Shown: positions 17,763 to 27,147, counted from the first letter of the stretch. The stretch is DNA of 61,984 bases from an uncultured Spirochaetales bacterium (GCA_964471825.1 CAYYKD010000002.1:68901-130884); one strand, 5' to 3'. Numbers and translations: made by a program. The notes: generated from the sequence alone by a model not told the origin.

Positions 17763-18507
17763 AATTGGACTTAAACTGTGGTCAACCAATGAAAATTATC
17801 TAAGTCACGCAACTCGTCTCTTTGAGGATGGTTACTGTGATTATATTGAACTCTATATTAAACCTGCTTCCGGATATCTGGATATATGGGAGAGGATTAA
17901 AGTACCATTTATAATCCATGCTCCTCATTTTGGTGATGGAGTAAATTTGTCATTGCCTGAAAATATTGAATACAATATGCATTGCTATGAACTGGCTGCA
18001 AAATATGCTGATAGGCTGGATTCCAAAACAATAATTTTTCACCCTGGAGTTGGAGGTAATATTAAGGAGACCGTGAGGCAGCTTCAAGTGATATCTGATA
18101 AAAGGATAGTAATAGAAAACAAGCCACAGTATGGACTTAAAATGGAAAATTGTGTTGGCCATTCCTATGAAGAAATCGATTATCTACTAAAAAACACAGG
18201 TCTACGATTTTGTCTGGATATTGGCCATGCAATATGTTCTGCTAATAGTAAGAGAGTTGATTATTTGGAGTTTATTTCTAAAATGATTTTGTTAGGCCCA
18301 TCAATTTATCATCTTACAGACGGGGATATTAAGTCTGAATTGGATAGACATGATCACTATGGTGAGGGGACATACCCGCTAGATGATATACTTAGATTGA
18401 TGCCCTCTGATTGTATTATAACAAACGAAGCCAAGAAGGACTCAGATTTAACTTTAGATTGTTTTATAAAAGATGTAGAGTTTCTTAGGAAGTTAAAATC
18501 CTTTTGA
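17755..18507 (+). CDS. TIM-barrel metalloenzyme, sugar phosphate isomerase/epimerase (AP-endonuclease-2-like) family
   Basis: IIHAPH, IIFHPG, VIENKP, CLDIGHA, YHLTDG and DHDHYG-like metal ligands. Confidence 0.75.
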   Translation: MRRIGLKLWSTNENYLSHATRLFEDGYCDYIELYIKPASGYLDIWERIKVPFIIHAPHFGDGVNLSLPENIEYNMHCYELAAKYADRLDSKTIIFHPGVGGNIKETVRQLQVISDKRIVIENKPQYGLKMENCVGHSYEEIDYLLKNTGLRFCLDIGHAICSANSKRVDYLEFISKMILLGPSIYHLTDGDIKSELDRHDHYGEGTYPLDDILRLMPSDCIITNEAKKDSDLTLDCFIKDVEFLRKLKSF

Positions 18508-18904
18508 ATACATCTCTAAATATCTTATTTGTTTTTAACATTTTTTCATCGGTATTAATAAGACTCAGCAGTTCATTTTTATCTTCAGAATTATCTGTTA
18601 TTAATATTGTTTCTTTTAGTTCATTAAGAATAAATTTTCTATAGAATCTATTGTATTTAAAAAATGTGTTTTTAAGGATAAAGTGAATCAAGAGGCTAAT
18701 AATAAGCAATAAAAATAGACCTGTTTTATATGGACATGATGAATAAAATGCAAAAGGGTTATTGCGCATCATAAAAGATATCCATACAAAGGGTAAATAG
18801 TAGATAAAGATTCCATAAAGATACCGTTTTTCAAATCCTGCTCTGTATATGTTGAATTTACCTTCTATATTTAGTATCACTTCCCTTATTAGATCTCTAT
18901 CCAT
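18485..18904 (-). CDS. Hypothetical two-TM membrane protein (about 139 aa)
   Basis: Start moved from the ORF-track 18988 to ATG 18904, which follows the RBS GTGAGGT and a TTGACT-N17-TATATA promoter-like sequence. Two hydrophobic segments. Confidence 0.6.
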   Translation of the reverse strand: MDRDLIREVILNIEGKFNIYRAGFEKRYLYGIFIYYLPFVWISFMMRNNPFAFYSSCPYKTGLFLLLIISLLIHFILKNTFFKYNRFYRKFILNELKETILITDNSEDKNELLSLINTDEKMLKTNKIFRDVFKRILTS

Positions 18905-19105
18905 TTTAAACCTCACAAGATATATACAATGAAAACTTCTCAAAGTCAATTGTTTTGATAAATAGTTATGACTAATTATCATTTTCAATTTTTTAGTTCA
19001 TAATAATAAATGTGAATAAAGATTGTAAAATAATCATTTTTTTTTAATATTTTTATTAGTAATATAAATGAAAAAAATAAATTTTCGTTTTAGTATATGA
19101 GTAGA

Positions 19106-19286
19106 GAGGCTCTTGCAAAAATAAATTTTGAATTTTTGCGAAGCATATTTTTTTGGAAAACAAGGAAAGTTGTGGCAAAAAAACACAGAATAATCACTTT
19201 ATTTGAGTATTTTTTGCCGTAATTTGACGCATGTTTAACAAATAAAAGATCAAGCAAAAAACTGAAGGGATTTTTGCAAGAGCCTC
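19106..19286. mobile_element. Non-autonomous MITE-like element, 181 bp, 17-bp perfect TIRs, 4-bp flanking duplication TAGA
   Basis: GAGGCTCTTGCAAAAAT (19106-19122) and ATTTTTGCAAGAGCCTC (19270-19286). TAGA at 19102-19105 and 19287-19290. No ORF. Related copies at 44917 and 53648. Confidence 0.8.
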
Positions 19287-19356
19287 TAGAGTTTAATTAT
19301 TAAGCTTAAAGTCCGTGAAGTTCCGATGAGTAACTAAATTGAGTAACTAAATTGAA

Positions 19357-19385
19357 TTGACTTAGCTTAATATAAGTATTATATT
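19357..19385 (+). promoter_or_regulatory. Candidate sigma70 promoter for recQ
   Basis: TTGACT-N17-TATATT, about 50 bp before the TTG start with RBS AAAGGTGGAG. Confidence 0.5.
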
Positions 19386-19434
19386 TTTACTGTTTCATTG
19401 TATAAAATGAACTAGAATTCATAAAGGTGGAGAT

Positions 19435-21414
19435 TTGCAAGAGGCGTATTTTTATTTAAAACAATATTTTGGTTATGATTCATTTAGGCCTGGGCAAAAA
19501 GAAATTATTGAATCTATACTTAAAAGCAGGGATACACTTGGTATAATGCCTACAGGTGGGGGTAAGAGCATCTGTTTTCAGATACCTGCTCTATGTATGG
19601 AGGGGTTAGCAATAGTTATTTCACCTCTCATCTCTCTTATGAAGGATCAGACTGACGGACTAAAACTTATTAATTACCCTGCAGAGTTGATGAACTCGAC
19701 AGTATCTCAGGAGAGGCAGCGAGAGATTATGAGTGAAGTTGAGGCTGGGCATATAAAACTTCTTTATCTGACACCCGAGAGATTTAGAAGCAGATTTTTC
19801 ATGGAATGGTTGAGGGATCAAAAGATTGATCTTTTTATAGTTGATGAGGCTCACTGTATCTCTGAATGGGGACACGATTTCAGGCCTGAGTATAGAAAAA
19901 TGTCGGCAATAATTAAGGAGTTAAATAACCCGCCCATTCTTGCTGTTACGGCAACTGCAACAGGTGAAGTTCGTGATGATATTGTTAAATCTCTAAATAT
20001 GAATGATCCATTTGTTCTTGTAACAGGATTTAATAGAACAAACCTTGTCTATGGCGTGCAAAATCATAAGACAAAATTAAGTAAAAATCGATCGTTGATA
20101 TCATTTGTGAATAAGGTTAATCCGCCCGGTATAATCTATACAAGTACAGTAAATGATGCTGAAACTGTATTTAATGTGCTTTCATCCAATACAGAAAAGA
20201 AGGTGGGGATCTATCACGGAAGTTTGAGTCCCGATAAACGAAAAAAAACTCAGGAGGATTTTCTGAGTGATAAGATATCTGTATTAATTGCTACAAATGC
20301 CTTTGGGATGGGAGTAAATAAACCGGATGTAAGGTTTGTTGTCCATTATTCAATTCCCGGTACACTCGAGGGGTTTTATCAGGAAACGGGGAGAGCCGGA
20401 CGAGATGGCGATCTGAGTTTCTGTCTATTGATGAATTCCTATGGTGATGAGAAAATTCAGGATTTTTTTATTCGCAGCAAAAATCTGGGTGTAGAGTTCC
20501 TTGAAAAAGTTTTAGACGAGATAGTTAAACTTTCAAAAAAAGGTGATGTCTATTCAGATGACTGTGATAATATTTTAAAGGAAGAGAAGGGGGGGAGATT
20601 TAAAATCCCCGGAGCGATCAAGCAGTTGATTCATCTTGGATTACTTGATACTGAATATATGCCTGAGGAGAGGTATGAAGTAATTGTAAAGAAGTATAAG
20701 ATGAAAAATGAGGAGCTGTATAACTTTAAACAACTATTTACCGAGGGGGATCTCAAGATAAATAATGAAATTTCCATCTCTGTTTCAAGAGCTATCAAGC
20801 GAACCGGTACGACTGCCGTTGAGGTTGAGTATCTGCTCAATAGACTTGAAAAATGGGATGTGATTTCATATAGGAAGGTTAGGAAGGGGCAGCGATTAAT
20901 TGTTAAACACAAAAAAATCAGCAATGAATTAAAGAAGGAATATAGTACAAATCTTATCAAAAGAATGGCGATCGATGAGAAGAAACTTGAAGCAGTTCTT
21001 GAGTATACGCGACTATCACAATGCAGAAGAGTCTATCTATTAAACTATTTTGGTGAGAAATTCACAGAGTCAAATTGTGGAAAGTGTGATATCTGTAGAG
21101 GAACCTATAAACCATCTGAGGATTTTAATATAAATGAAACAAATAAGATGATAATGAAATTCTTTATTGTAAATAATAATCAGATTGGGTTGAAGAAGGG
21201 GGTAGCTATACTAAAGGGTTTATATGAGTTGGAGCCAAAGTTAAAGGAGTTTTATGGTTATGGTCTATTGAGACATCAAGCTGAGAGCTATATTAGAGAG
21301 GAGATTGACTCACTTGTTGCATGTGGTTATCTAGAGTACAAAAAGGGGCAGTATAAGGTCATCAAGGTAACACAAGAGGGGCAAAATTTAATTTCCAATC
21401 TGAGCATAACATGA
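19435..21414 (+). CDS. recQ: RecQ-family ATP-dependent DNA helicase
   Basis: MPTGGGKS, VDEAHCISEWGHDFRPEY, TATAT, ATNAFGMGVNKPDVR, QETGRAGRDG and Zn site CRR...CGKCDIC. No HRDC domain visible. Confidence 0.95.
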   Translation: MQEAYFYLKQYFGYDSFRPGQKEIIESILKSRDTLGIMPTGGGKSICFQIPALCMEGLAIVISPLISLMKDQTDGLKLINYPAELMNSTVSQERQREIMSEVEAGHIKLLYLTPERFRSRFFMEWLRDQKIDLFIVDEAHCISEWGHDFRPEYRKMSAIIKELNNPPILAVTATATGEVRDDIVKSLNMNDPFVLVTGFNRTNLVYGVQNHKTKLSKNRSLISFVNKVNPPGIIYTSTVNDAETVFNVLSSNTEKKVGIYHGSLSPDKRKKTQEDFLSDKISVLIATNAFGMGVNKPDVRFVVHYSIPGTLEGFYQETGRAGRDGDLSFCLLMNSYGDEKIQDFFIRSKNLGVEFLEKVLDEIVKLSKKGDVYSDDCDNILKEEKGGRFKIPGAIKQLIHLGLLDTEYMPEERYEVIVKKYKMKNEELYNFKQLFTEGDLKINNEISISVSRAIKRTGTTAVEVEYLLNRLEKWDVISYRKVRKGQRLIVKHKKISNELKKEYSTNLIKRMAIDEKKLEAVLEYTRLSQCRRVYLLNYFGEKFTESNCGKCDICRGTYKPSEDFNINETNKMIMKFFIVNNNQIGLKKGVAILKGLYELEPKLKEFYGYGLLRHQAESYIREEIDSLVACGYLEYKKGQYKVIKVTQEGQNLISNLSIT

Positions 21415-21525
21415 GCTCATATTTGTAAATTCCATCTTTAGCTATTGCATTTTTTTAAAAAAAATAATAAATGATACACTATGTAAATAATAATCAGATT
21501 TTATTAATACTTATGGAGATATTCT

Positions 21526-22605
21526 ATGAAAAAATTAGTACTTATTTTAATTGTCAATATTCTTGCAGCCTTCTCTGTCTATCCTTTTTTTGGTCTGTTT
21601 CAACCGGATGCAGTTAAAAATGACGGACTCTATGCAGTTTTTCATACAACTCATGGCAAGATCTATTGTGAATTGTATTTTGAAAAGACTCCTGTTACTG
21701 TTGCCAATTTTGTTGGTCTGGCAGAGGGCAGTATTGAGTTTGCTGATCCTCAGACCGGTAGAAAGTCTAAGAAGAAGTTCTATGATGGACTTACTTTTCA
21801 TCGGATTATTAAGGGGTTTGTTATACAGGGCGGTTGCCCGCTTGGAAATGGTACTGGTGGACCGGGATATAAGTTCCCTGATGAATTTGACAGCTCCCTG
21901 CAACATAGTGGTGCCGGTTTTCTTTCAATGGCAAATTCGGGACCAAATACAAATGGATCGCAATTTTTTATAACGCTGGGTGCAACACCACATTTGAACA
22001 ATAAGCATTCAATATTTGGTAAGGTTATTTCAGGCCATGATGTTATGGAGAAAATTGCTGAAGTTAAAACTGATAATACATATAACAAGCCATATAAGGA
22101 TGTCTATATAAATAAAGTTGAAATAATAAGGAAGGGGAAAAAAGCGGTCGATTTTGATGCATTAAAAGAGTTCGAAAAGAAGGACCAGCTTATAGCAAAG
22201 CAGAATGAGTTAAATAAGAAAAGATTGAACGATCTGCTTATAGGTCTCGGTGTATCATCATCACAGTTAACAAAGACTCAGTCCGGTCTTGAGTATTTCA
22301 TAATGAAGAGTGGAAAAGGCAAGACACCAAATAAGGGTGATGTTGTATCGGCTCACTACTCTGGGTATCTTGTCGATGGAACAGTCTTTGATAGTTCCTA
22401 TTCAAGAAATGTACCGATAGAATTTCCGGCCGGAGTTAATAGAGTTATTGCCGGCTGGGATGAGACTCTTTTAACTATGAAAGAGGGCGAGAAGAGACTT
22501 GTCGTAATACCGTACTATCTTGCCTATGGAGTTGATGGAAGACCACCTCACATACCTGCAATGGCAACTCTGGTATTTGAGGTTGAATTGTTGAAAGTTA
22601 AATAG
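21526..22605 (+). CDS. Secreted dual-family peptidyl-prolyl isomerase: cyclophilin plus C-terminal FKBP
   Basis: Signal peptide. Cyclophilin FYDGLTFHRII...QGGCP...LSMANSGPNTNGSQFFIT. FKBP AHYSG.L.DG..FDSS...GVNRVIAGWDE...LAYG. Confidence 0.93.
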   Translation: MKKLVLILIVNILAAFSVYPFFGLFQPDAVKNDGLYAVFHTTHGKIYCELYFEKTPVTVANFVGLAEGSIEFADPQTGRKSKKKFYDGLTFHRIIKGFVIQGGCPLGNGTGGPGYKFPDEFDSSLQHSGAGFLSMANSGPNTNGSQFFITLGATPHLNNKHSIFGKVISGHDVMEKIAEVKTDNTYNKPYKDVYINKVEIIRKGKKAVDFDALKEFEKKDQLIAKQNELNKKRLNDLLIGLGVSSSQLTKTQSGLEYFIMKSGKGKTPNKGDVVSAHYSGYLVDGTVFDSSYSRNVPIEFPAGVNRVIAGWDETLLTMKEGEKRLVVIPYYLAYGVDGRPPHIPAMATLVFEVELLKVK

Positions 22606-22619
22606 TCAAAGGTAAATAG

Positions 22620-23003
22620 TTGATGAAAAAAATTCCTGCATTGTTATTTATTATATTAATGTTTCTCTCATGTCAGGACAGAAAGGACAATAAATGGCTT
22701 ATTGATCTGCCTGAGAGTAGGATTAACTTAAAAAGTGAGATGTGGGGAGTAACGCTCTATAGTTCTCTAAAACTAAGAGAGGAAAAGGGGCGGGATTCAG
22801 GTGTGATAACATACCTAAAGAATGGTGTGATCCTTAAGATTCTTATAAAAGATATGCAGATTAGTGAGTTTGAAAATATGTTGGATTATTGGTATTTCGT
22901 TGATTATAGAGGGGAGAAGGGATGGCTCTTTGGATCCTATATTTTATTGTATAATACACTTGAAGAAGCCGAAAAAGCTTGTAGGGAGAGGTTCTATGAA
23001 TAG
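22620..23003 (+). CDS. SH3b-domain lipoprotein
   Basis: Lipobox FLSC; LKLRE...YLKNG..L.I and WYFVDYRGEKGWLFGSY. Confidence 0.75.
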   Translation: MMKKIPALLFIILMFLSCQDRKDNKWLIDLPESRINLKSEMWGVTLYSSLKLREEKGRDSGVITYLKNGVILKILIKDMQISEFENMLDYWYFVDYRGEKGWLFGSYILLYNTLEEAEKACRERFYE

Positions 23004-23145
23004 CAAAGATAAAAAGAAATCGGATGGTAAAAAGAAACAGTCAAATCAGATCATTCGTACGGTTTGGTTTGCAGTAATAGTGATTCTCTCTGCATATTTT
23101 ATTCAGACAACTATTGCATTGGCGGTAAATTTATTAAAACTATAA
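22996..23145 (+). CDS. Small single-TM protein (49 aa)
   Basis: ATG 22996 overlaps the SH3 gene end and follows AGGGAGAGG. Basic N-terminus followed by a hydrophobic helix (MNSKDKKK...TVWFAVIVILSAYFIQTTIALAV). Confidence 0.5.
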   Translation: MNSKDKKKSDGKKKQSNQIIRTVWFAVIVILSAYFIQTTIALAVNLLKL

Positions 23146-23406
23146 TTTTTCTATGAGGCTCGACTCACCCCCTGTATTAAAATAGCCCGTTTATTTTATT
23201 TATTAATATTATTACATCATTACATCATCAATTATTCCTAATCATCTTCGATGATTTCTTGTTCATCCAAAATTTACAAATTTGGTATTATAAAACATTT
23301 TAGTTGCATATCTGTTTGCAATGTTGAGTATACTTCAGATTATAAAAAAAATTAATTAATATTTCACAAACTGTAAATGATATGAATAAATTTTAGTTAT
23401 TATATA

Positions 23407-25005
23407 TTGAATAATAGAAAAAAAATTTTAAATAGAAAAAAAAATATGAAAATGTTAAAAAAATATATCTATAAGACACAGCTTTCAAACCCATTATTAT
23501 TGATCTATGCGATTATTTCCCTTTTTATTGTGATTGGTAGGTATCAACTATATATTGCATACAGTTTATGTGTAATAGTATCCATTCTTTTTTATCTTTT
23601 ATCAATATTATCTGGAAAGAGATTCTTTTCATTTATTGCTTTTACTATTTTAATCTTTGGGGTGTCTATATTGATTAATATCCACTTAAAAAATATTAGA
23701 TATCAGGATTTTAAAAAAAATAATCTTTTTTCAGAAAAATTCCTATGCAAATCAGTCGGATTTAGCACAGGATCAGATGGAAAGTACAATACTGAGGTTT
23801 TAATATTAGCTATTAAAAAAAGTAGTAAGAGTGATTATAAGAAGTTGTCTTTTCCGTTTAAAGTATTAGTTAAGACAAAGGCACCATTGGTTAACTATAG
23901 TAATTATATAGTTAACGGTAAAATATCTATTCCAAAAGATAGGAGTTATAGGAACCATCTATTAAATAAGAATATCTATGGAGTCATATATAGGCCAAAG
24001 GTTTCAAATACACTCTATGGTTGTAATACGATTTTCAGTACACCTTCGCACTTAATAAATAGTTTTAGATTGCTTCTATATAACTATATAGAAGAGCATT
24101 TCTCGGTTAGAAGTGCCGGGTTTATTATTTCAATACTTCTTGGTGACCGTTCACAGCTAGATAAATCAGACTTTAATAATTTTAGAGAGACCGGTCTTGC
24201 ACATATTTTAGCGATTAGCGGTCTTCACTTTGGATTTCTTTCATCAATTATTTGTAGTTTTTTTTCTATCTTTTTTAGCAAGAAGATATCATTATTCATT
24301 TCTACTATTGTCATGACTCTATATTTCACATTACTTGTTCCATCGGCGTCATGTTTAAGAGCTTTATTGGCTCTTATAGTTAATCTAATATTTAGAATAA
24401 TTGGGGTTAAGATTAGCTCTCTTAGTGTTCTGATTATATGCGGTCTTACAATGCTAGCAATTAATCCATTCTATCTATTTGATATCTCGTATCAATTTTC
24501 ATATATTGCAGTATTCTCGATTATTCTTCTTGGAAATTATCGTGAGAATATCAAGGCATATGACAATTTTGATCAAAAATTCGGTTTACAAAAAATATGG
24601 CAAAAATTTATCGAAAAAGTAAGCGGGGCATGTACTACCTCCGTGGCAGCATCTACAGGAATGATCCCGTTACAGTTGAGTATTTTTGGAACACTACAGC
24701 CTTTATCAATAATTAACTCGATTATTTTTGTACCGCTATTTGAGATAGTTTTTATTCAGATTATTTGTACGATATTTATAACTATGATCTTAAGAGGACT
24801 TGATATCTGTAGAATACCGCTTGGGTTATTAGATACAAGTATAGGAGTATTTCTAATCATGGTTGATAAGATGAATCTATTTAAGCCGTTAGTTTATGAT
24901 AAATTAAATATTATTTTTGTGTTTTTTAGCCTTATACTATCTGATTTCATCATCAGTTTATTTAATTACTTGCTTCATAATAAAAAGAATAAAATAGGTG
25001 TATAA
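23407..25005 (+). CDS. comEC: ComEC/Rec2-family competence membrane protein (no metallo-beta-lactamase domain)
   Basis: ILLGDRS...F.ETGLAHILAISGLHFG, SCLRA, INPF.LFD.SYQFSY. The start may be ATG 23446. Confidence 0.88.
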   Translation: MNNRKKILNRKKNMKMLKKYIYKTQLSNPLLLIYAIISLFIVIGRYQLYIAYSLCVIVSILFYLLSILSGKRFFSFIAFTILIFGVSILINIHLKNIRYQDFKKNNLFSEKFLCKSVGFSTGSDGKYNTEVLILAIKKSSKSDYKKLSFPFKVLVKTKAPLVNYSNYIVNGKISIPKDRSYRNHLLNKNIYGVIYRPKVSNTLYGCNTIFSTPSHLINSFRLLLYNYIEEHFSVRSAGFIISILLGDRSQLDKSDFNNFRETGLAHILAISGLHFGFLSSIICSFFSIFFSKKISLFISTIVMTLYFTLLVPSASCLRALLALIVNLIFRIIGVKISSLSVLIICGLTMLAINPFYLFDISYQFSYIAVFSIILLGNYRENIKAYDNFDQKFGLQKIWQKFIEKVSGACTTSVAASTGMIPLQLSIFGTLQPLSIINSIIFVPLFEIVFIQIICTIFITMILRGLDICRIPLGLLDTSIGVFLIMVDKMNLFKPLVYDKLNIIFVFFSLILSDFIISLFNYLLHNKKNKIGV

Positions 25006-25172
25006 TTAATCAGACATTTTTTATAGTGATGTTTAATTTTTAACTGATATTTAAGATTCATAAAGTAAATTCCGTTAATATGGCTATTGGTTATATGTGA
25101 AGTTCAGCTAGATTATATGCTCTGTTGACATATATGATACTAAATAAAAGGGATTGAAAAATCTTTATGGAA

Positions 25173-25189
25173 ATTGTAATGATTACAAT
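25173..25189. promoter_or_regulatory. Perfect palindrome ATTGTAAT-G-ATTACAAT resembling a Zur/Fur-family box
   Basis: 8-1-8 inverted repeat. Its context AAATTGTAATGATTACAAT resembles the Bacillus-type Zur consensus AAATCGTAATNATTACGATTT. Confidence 0.5.
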
Positions 25190-25227
25190 GGTATCTGTAA
25201 TAATTTTATGAATTGATATTTTGAGTG

Positions 25228-25244
25228 TTGGCATTTTAATTGCT
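25228..25244 (+). promoter_or_regulatory. Candidate sigma54 (-24/-12) promoter
   Basis: TTGGCATTTTAATTGCT, with GG at 25230-31 and GC at 25242-43 at the canonical spacing of TGGCAC-N5-TTGC. Confidence 0.55.
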
Positions 25245-25367
25245 ATATGTTATTATGTGATTTATATTATGTAAAATATCTAATGTTAAATGTATGTTAT
25301 TAAGTTATGTAAAAAGATGTTTTAGAAAACTATTTTAGAGGGTATTACTCTAGATAAGGAGAAGGTT

Positions 25368-25640
25368 ATGAGCAACATAAAAAAGAGAATAAATACTATA
25401 AGAGCCCTTGAAGATCTGCTTCTTAAGGAGGCCGTTGAGGAATATCAGAGATCAAAGAAATTTCCTATATCTGCTAATGAAAGAGCAGTTATAGAATCCA
25501 ATTGGCACAAACATTCATCCTTTTTTACAAGGATGTGGTTGAACTATATGGATGATAGCAAACTTGAACTACTTCTTATAAAGAAGATGCAGGAACGAAA
25601 AGATGGTGATACCGCAATGAAATTTATTTCAAGTTATTAA
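25368..25640 (+). CDS. Hypothetical 90-aa protein
   Basis: Strong RBS AAGGAGAAGG, own terminator, no recognised domain. Confidence 0.8.
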   Translation: MSNIKKRINTIRALEDLLLKEAVEEYQRSKKFPISANERAVIESNWHKHSSFFTRMWLNYMDDSKLELLLIKKMQERKDGDTAMKFISSY

Positions 25641-25667
25641 TAGAATTATATTTTTATTTGTTTAATT

Positions 25668-25693
25668 ACTGCCTTAACGGGCAGTTTTTTTTT
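25668..25693 (+). terminator. Rho-independent terminator
   Basis: ACTGCC-TTAACG-GGCAGT followed by a long T tract. Confidence 0.75.
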
Positions 25694-25788
25694 GTAAAGA
25701 AAGATTTTTTGATTAGTAAAGGTTAAGATAATGCTTGAATGAAATCCTTAATTGTAATAATTTAAATCTCAGGAAGTCATTAAAAAAA

Positions 25789-26199
25789 ATGAAAACAATG
25801 ATACTATATTTTACATTACTATTTTGTCTAAGCGGTTGTTCTCTCCCTGACTATATTTCAGCATATAGGACAAGTAATACAACTATAGATTTTCTTAAAT
25901 CAAATGAATGGGGGAGTCTCTATGAGATAACATCAATTGATTACAGAAATAAAATTGGCATATCCAGATTTTCATCTCTAGAGAGATGGGTTAATAAGGA
26001 ACTCGGAGCATATATATCAAAGAAACAACATTTTTTCTATTCGGAGTCTTTTTTTTTACCTTTTAGACCACAAAAAATAACTTCGGTCTATCTGTGTGAG
26101 TTCGAAAATGCAGATGGTGAGATATCAATAGAACTTGTTAAAGAAAATGAAGTATATAAAATTACAAATATTAACTTTACAAAAATCGCAAAATATTAG
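25789..26199 (+). CDS. Hypothetical lipoprotein (about 136 aa)
   Basis: From ATG 25789: MKTMILYFTLLFCLSGC lipobox. The ORF-track TTG start at 25735 is probably too far upstream. Confidence 0.65.
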   Translation: MKTMILYFTLLFCLSGCSLPDYISAYRTSNTTIDFLKSNEWGSLYEITSIDYRNKIGISRFSSLERWVNKELGAYISKKQHFFYSESFFLPFRPQKITSVYLCEFENADGEISIELVKENEVYKITNINFTKIAKY

Positions 26200-26223
26200 A
26201 TAAGTCTAATAATTTAGTCTCTA

Positions 26224-27147
26224 GTGGATACGAATATGAAAAAAGATACTAATCTCTCAAAGTTGCCCTATGCGTTGCTTCCGATATTATTTTGGTCATC
26301 TCATGCTGTATTTATCAAGTTTAGTGTTAATCTCAATAATATTGGCGTGTTTGAGATGAATATCTATCGAACAATACCAATTGTTATTTTGGGGCTTATC
26401 GTTGCAGGCAAGAACTCATTTAAAATTAGTCACCCCAGGGATCTTATACCGGGCGTGTTTCTTGCTATTAATTTTTATACATTTAACTATGCACTTAAAT
26501 TTATAGATGCCTATCTGCTAATTATTATAGAATCCAGTTGTTTCATTTTCAGTATCATCTATGATAGGCTGGCAAAACAGAATACTAAGTTTTCATGGGC
26601 AGCTCTGCTTCTGTTTGTGTTTGGCTCAGCGATTTTACTTATTGAGGCATTTATCAGGCAGGATAAAGTGATGATAATTGGTGTCCTGGTTGCTCTTATT
26701 GTGTCTATGACTTTTGGTCTCTACAATTCAACTCTTTATTTGATTGAGAATAGACCTAATAAACTTCTTCTAATGATGGCTCCTATACTGTTAACGAGTA
26801 TTCCATTTGTATTTCCAGAGGTATCAGTCAAGCCCTTTAAAGTTGAAATAGTTCTATTGACCATGCTAATATCCGGTATATTTCAGACTCTGTTTCCTTA
26901 TCTGCTATGGTCAAAGGCGACCAAATATTTTTCAGGCATAAAGTTATCAGAATTTTTACTCCTATCTATACCGGGTACATTTATTGTTGAGTATTTTACA
27001 TTAAAGATTTCACCGAGCAAATTCCAGATAGCTGCTTCATTAATTTTAATTCTTGCTACAGTCTTTAACATAATATTTATTGCGAGAAATAGTAAAAACG
27101 ATGGTTTAGAGCCATTAGCAGAAAACCGTGCTATAGACACCCGATAA
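26224..27147 (+). CDS. DMT/EamA-family transporter
   Basis: About 10 TM helices in two repeats; ILFWSSHAVFIK, GVFLAINF...YAL, YLLWSKA. Confidence 0.8.
   Translation: MDTNMKKDTNLSKLPYALLPILFWSSHAVFIKFSVNLNNIGVFEMNIYRTIPIVILGLIVAGKNSFKISHPRDLIPGVFLAINFYTFNYALKFIDAYLLIIIESSCFIFSIIYDRLAKQNTKFSWAALLLFVFGSAILLIEAFIRQDKVMIIGVLVALIVSMTFGLYNSTLYLIENRPNKLLLMMAPILLTSIPFVFPEVSVKPFKVEIVLLTMLISGIFQTLFPYLLWSKATKYFSGIKLSEFLLLSIPGTFIVEYFTLKISPSKFQIAASLILILATVFNIIFIARNSKNDGLEPLAENRAIDTR

Noticed and set aside
18905-18988. N-terminal extensions given by the ORF track (also 25735-25788 and 38187-38210)
   Set aside because: Better starts with an RBS and signal or lipobox context lie downstream, so the extensions are probably not translated.
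19435-21414. recQ without HRDC and with an insertion before the Zn site
   Set aside because: A known architecture among secondary RecQ paralogs; all helicase motifs are intact.
23407-25005. comEC lacking the C-terminal nuclease domain as a possible pseudogene
   Set aside because: The reading frame is intact, and MBL-less ComEC proteins are common.
18485-27147. Convergent 3' overlaps (18485-18507 and 27131-27147)
   Set aside because: Short tail-to-tail overlaps are common in compact genomes, and there is no further evidence of antisense regulation.
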